38,566 nucleotides of DNA from Candidatus Parabeggiatoa sp. nov. 2. Its GTDB lineage: Bacteria; Pseudomonadota; Gammaproteobacteria; Beggiatoales; Beggiatoaceae. The DNA lies in the NCBI GenBank assembly GCA_002085445.1, contig NBMI01000153.1, positions 1 through 38,566 of the forward strand. Reading direction: 5' to 3'. Under the pieces are notes generated by a model, which did no database searches, was not told the origin of the DNA, and worked only from the letters and a program-made list of their open reading frames with translations. Position 1 is the first letter of the stretch. Every line of letters starts with the position of its first letter. Position numbers and translations under genes: made by a program. This document shows positions 36,297-38,566 of this stretch, piece after piece.

Positions 36297-38183
36297 ATGG
36301 CAAACACCGTTCGGTATTTTCTGGAAATTAAAAAAGATAACAAGGGTGCTTATCGGTGTTGGATTCATCAAGGCGAGCAGCATAATGCTTTTGGCGATTT
36401 AAAAAATTTGCGACTAAAACCAAACAGTCGCGTCGAGATTAAAGGTAAAAAAATAACCCTCAAAAGGTTAGTTGAAGAACTCATTACTTTTGATTACAAC
36501 GACGAAGAGCAGGCTAGGCTGAAATTGAAATTTGATGAACGCGAACAATCAGACATTGGGCAACATCTCTTTGATGAAACCTTTGGCAAACTGAAATCAT
36601 CTATTTATAACGAAATTTTAAGGTATGAACAAAAAGAGGTTCGCATTTTATGCACCGATGAACATATTGCTCGTTTGCCTTGGGTGTTACTCTCAGATCG
36701 TGGAGAATTCTTATCGGCTGCGGGTTGGTCTATAGCGCTTCAAACAGAGGCAACAACGGAAGCAGAGGTAGAATTGCCACCACATCCTAAAATGTTGATA
36801 ATCGCTCCCCAACCTGAAGACGTGGCAGACACCGAAGCAGATGTCCATGTCACAGAGTTGCGTGACTTATTATCATGGCCTGAAAGCGTAGAAACCTGTC
36901 TCCAAGTTGCGTCCACATGGGAAGAATTCAAAACCAAAGTGAAATCCTTAGAACCGGACATCGTATATTACTATGGCCATGGTGAAGGTGACATTAATAC
37001 CACTCACTTGCTGTTCGCAGACCAAACGCAGCAATGTTGCAAAATACCAGTTGCTGATTTTGCTCAGGTATTACGCAACCTACCGAAAAGGCCCTCACTG
37101 GCTTACATCAATTGTTGTCAAGGTGATACTGGGGGTTGGTTAGGCGTTGGGCGACAATTAGGGAAATTTATCCCCGCTGTTCTCACCAATAGCACGGTGG
37201 CATGGATTGATGCCGCACGCGCTCAAGCAAGCGCGTTCTGGCGTGGACTCTTGAAAGAAGGATTGACACCCCATGAATCCGTTTCTGGGATGCGTCGTCG
37301 CTTGGTTGATGACAATACGAGCTTTGGTGATGCACGTTGGATGACACCTGTGTTGCACTGCCATTATCACAACTGGAAAACCAATCTTCCTAGCCCGACT
37401 AATTGGCTTGAACGCGAGCCGTTATGGCGGCTAAAACTAGACCGTATCAAACAAGTCAGTGAAATATTTTACCAAATCAGTGAAATGATTGAAGTAAATC
37501 TACCTTCACTGGCCTATATTTGGTATGGTAAAACGGGACAAGGTGTAGAAATTTTCCATGAACGTTTGGAGTTGGAACTCAGCAAAAAGTTGGCTTACAA
37601 GGTAAAAACCATCAAACCCTCATGGCATAAAAACTTCGTAGAAACCATCAAACCCTCGTGGCCTGACGATTTTGCACATGTTCACCGCTCCTTTAACGAT
37701 ATGTATCGTGAATGCTTTAAAGTGAATGCTTTGGAAGACATTCCTTATTGTATTCAAAAGCATCCAAATGCTGGTACGATCCTATATGTTTGTCATCAGC
37801 AACCTATTTCACCTTCAGACATTAATGAAACGCGTCTGAAAAGATACCTAACCTGGTGGGACACTAAGATCATTCCCATTTTAAAGCAGGCTAATATCTA
37901 TGGCTTACTTGGTATTTCTTTTATAGTGGATGACACAGCCCAATTCAAAACTCAATTCTCGCAAGCACTTGACACGTTAACTTTATCCAATACCGTGTTC
38001 AGATTATTAGACGAATTGGGCGATGTGCTCCCAGAAGAAGTAGAACTTTTCTTAAAGTTTAATAAGATTCCGGTGCCTAATGATGACAAAAAAGACTTAT
38101 TAAACGACATTATGCGAGAAACTAACGGCCAGTATGAAAAGACGTTGGAACAACTCAAGGCGCTCGTCAATAATCTTGCTTAA
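36297..38183 (+). CDS. CHAT-domain (caspase-like) protease, 628 aa
   Basis: CHAT-type catalytic dyad contexts PDIVYYYGHGEGD (His) and LAYINCCQGDTGG (Cys); upstream LPWVLLSDRGEFLSAAGWSI; N- and C-terminal regions are unassigned. Confidence 0.8.
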   Translation: MANTVRYFLEIKKDNKGAYRCWIHQGEQHNAFGDLKNLRLKPNSRVEIKGKKITLKRLVEELITFDYNDEEQARLKLKFDEREQSDIGQHLFDETFGKLKSSIYNEILRYEQKEVRILCTDEHIARLPWVLLSDRGEFLSAAGWSIALQTEATTEAEVELPPHPKMLIIAPQPEDVADTEADVHVTELRDLLSWPESVETCLQVASTWEEFKTKVKSLEPDIVYYYGHGEGDINTTHLLFADQTQQCCKIPVADFAQVLRNLPKRPSLAYINCCQGDTGGWLGVGRQLGKFIPAVLTNSTVAWIDAARAQASAFWRGLLKEGLTPHESVSGMRRRLVDDNTSFGDARWMTPVLHCHYHNWKTNLPSPTNWLEREPLWRLKLDRIKQVSEIFYQISEMIEVNLPSLAYIWYGKTGQGVEIFHERLELELSKKLAYKVKTIKPSWHKNFVETIKPSWPDDFAHVHRSFNDMYRECFKVNALEDIPYCIQKHPNAGTILYVCHQQPISPSDINETRLKRYLTWWDTKIIPILKQANIYGLLGISFIVDDTAQFKTQFSQALDTLTLSNTVFRLLDELGDVLPEEVELFLKFNKIPVPNDDKKDLLNDIMRETNGQYEKTLEQLKALVNNLA

Positions 38184-38439
38184 AACCTATCCGAAAACCC
38201 TATCGGGCGAAACCAACTGTTAAAAAACTTATGCAGTCTATCGCTATGATAGGCTCAATACCAAACGGAGTCGTTTTTTGAAAAAACGCAGGTAATCTAT
38301 GGGTATATTATTTCCATGCTTCTCCCGTAGGATCAAAAGCGACTTAAAGTTTGTAGCATGCGCTTGCTGCGCCTAAGTTAGTATAGCGTTTCCCGATTGA
38401 ATGAAATACAAATCAATAACGTTCAACATAAGCGACTCC

Positions 38440-38510
38440 TCAACCCCGATAGGGGTTGAATTTGAATAGCCCCAGGTGAAACCTCAATGCCATTAAGTTA
38501 AGGAAAATGT
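38440..38510. repeat. Dispersed repeat (ccccgataggggttgaat...ccccaggtgaaacctcaatgccattaagttaagg), related copies at 1190..1250 and 1392..1425
   Basis: Shared strings cctcaatgccattaagttaagg and cccc-hairpin gaatagcc. Confidence 0.7.
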
Positions 38511-38566
38511 GTTATAGTTATTGCCTTTCAAACAGTAGGTAAAATCAATTTATGGAAAAACACACA

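Overview
Repeat-dense chromosomal window; the genes look gammaproteobacterial (an E. coli glyW-cysT-leuZ-like tRNA cluster; a hynS-isp1-isp2-hynL [NiFe] hydrogenase as in purple and colourless sulfur bacteria), and the very high density of small hairpin and tandem repeat families resembles large sulfur bacteria (Beggiatoaceae/Thiomargarita-like). This organism guess is inference from sequence alone. Read from 5' to 3': a BrnT/BrnA-like toxin-antitoxin pair; a 1008-aa P-loop GTPase-like membrane protein with a coiled-coil tail; a 748-aa membrane protein with in-frame 27-aa repeats and a C-terminal lamin-tail-like (LTD) domain; a 409-aa orphan protein; and a lipoprotein fusing Sel1 repeats to a caspase (peptidase C14) domain. 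Then come a YbjQ - TM-YbjQ - M48 peptidase operon and a tRNA cluster Gly-Gly-Cys-Leu(UAA). The tRNA-Leu gene is split in its anticodon loop by a ~321-nt group I intron of the cyanobacterial tRNA-Leu type. After that: exeA/gspA-like ATPase, a flotillin-like SPFH protein (minus strand), the Isp-type [NiFe] hydrogenase operon, a 1220-aa MscK-like mechanosensitive channel (minus strand), and a loosely organised same-strand cluster of conflict-system-like genes (Trypco2-like protein, small TM protein, TM + FGE-sulfatase/FGS-domain protein, CHAT caspase-like protease). That last cluster is interspersed with tandem arrays and an ~826-bp MITE with perfect 57-bp terminal inverted repeats. At least eight unrelated small repeat families occupy almost every intergenic space, including the inside of the hydrogenase operon, and several sit exactly on gene boundaries (21-25 bp and 49 bp duplications that include start codons; a repeat abutting the hynL stop codon). 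No rRNA, cas genes, integrases or transposases were seen.
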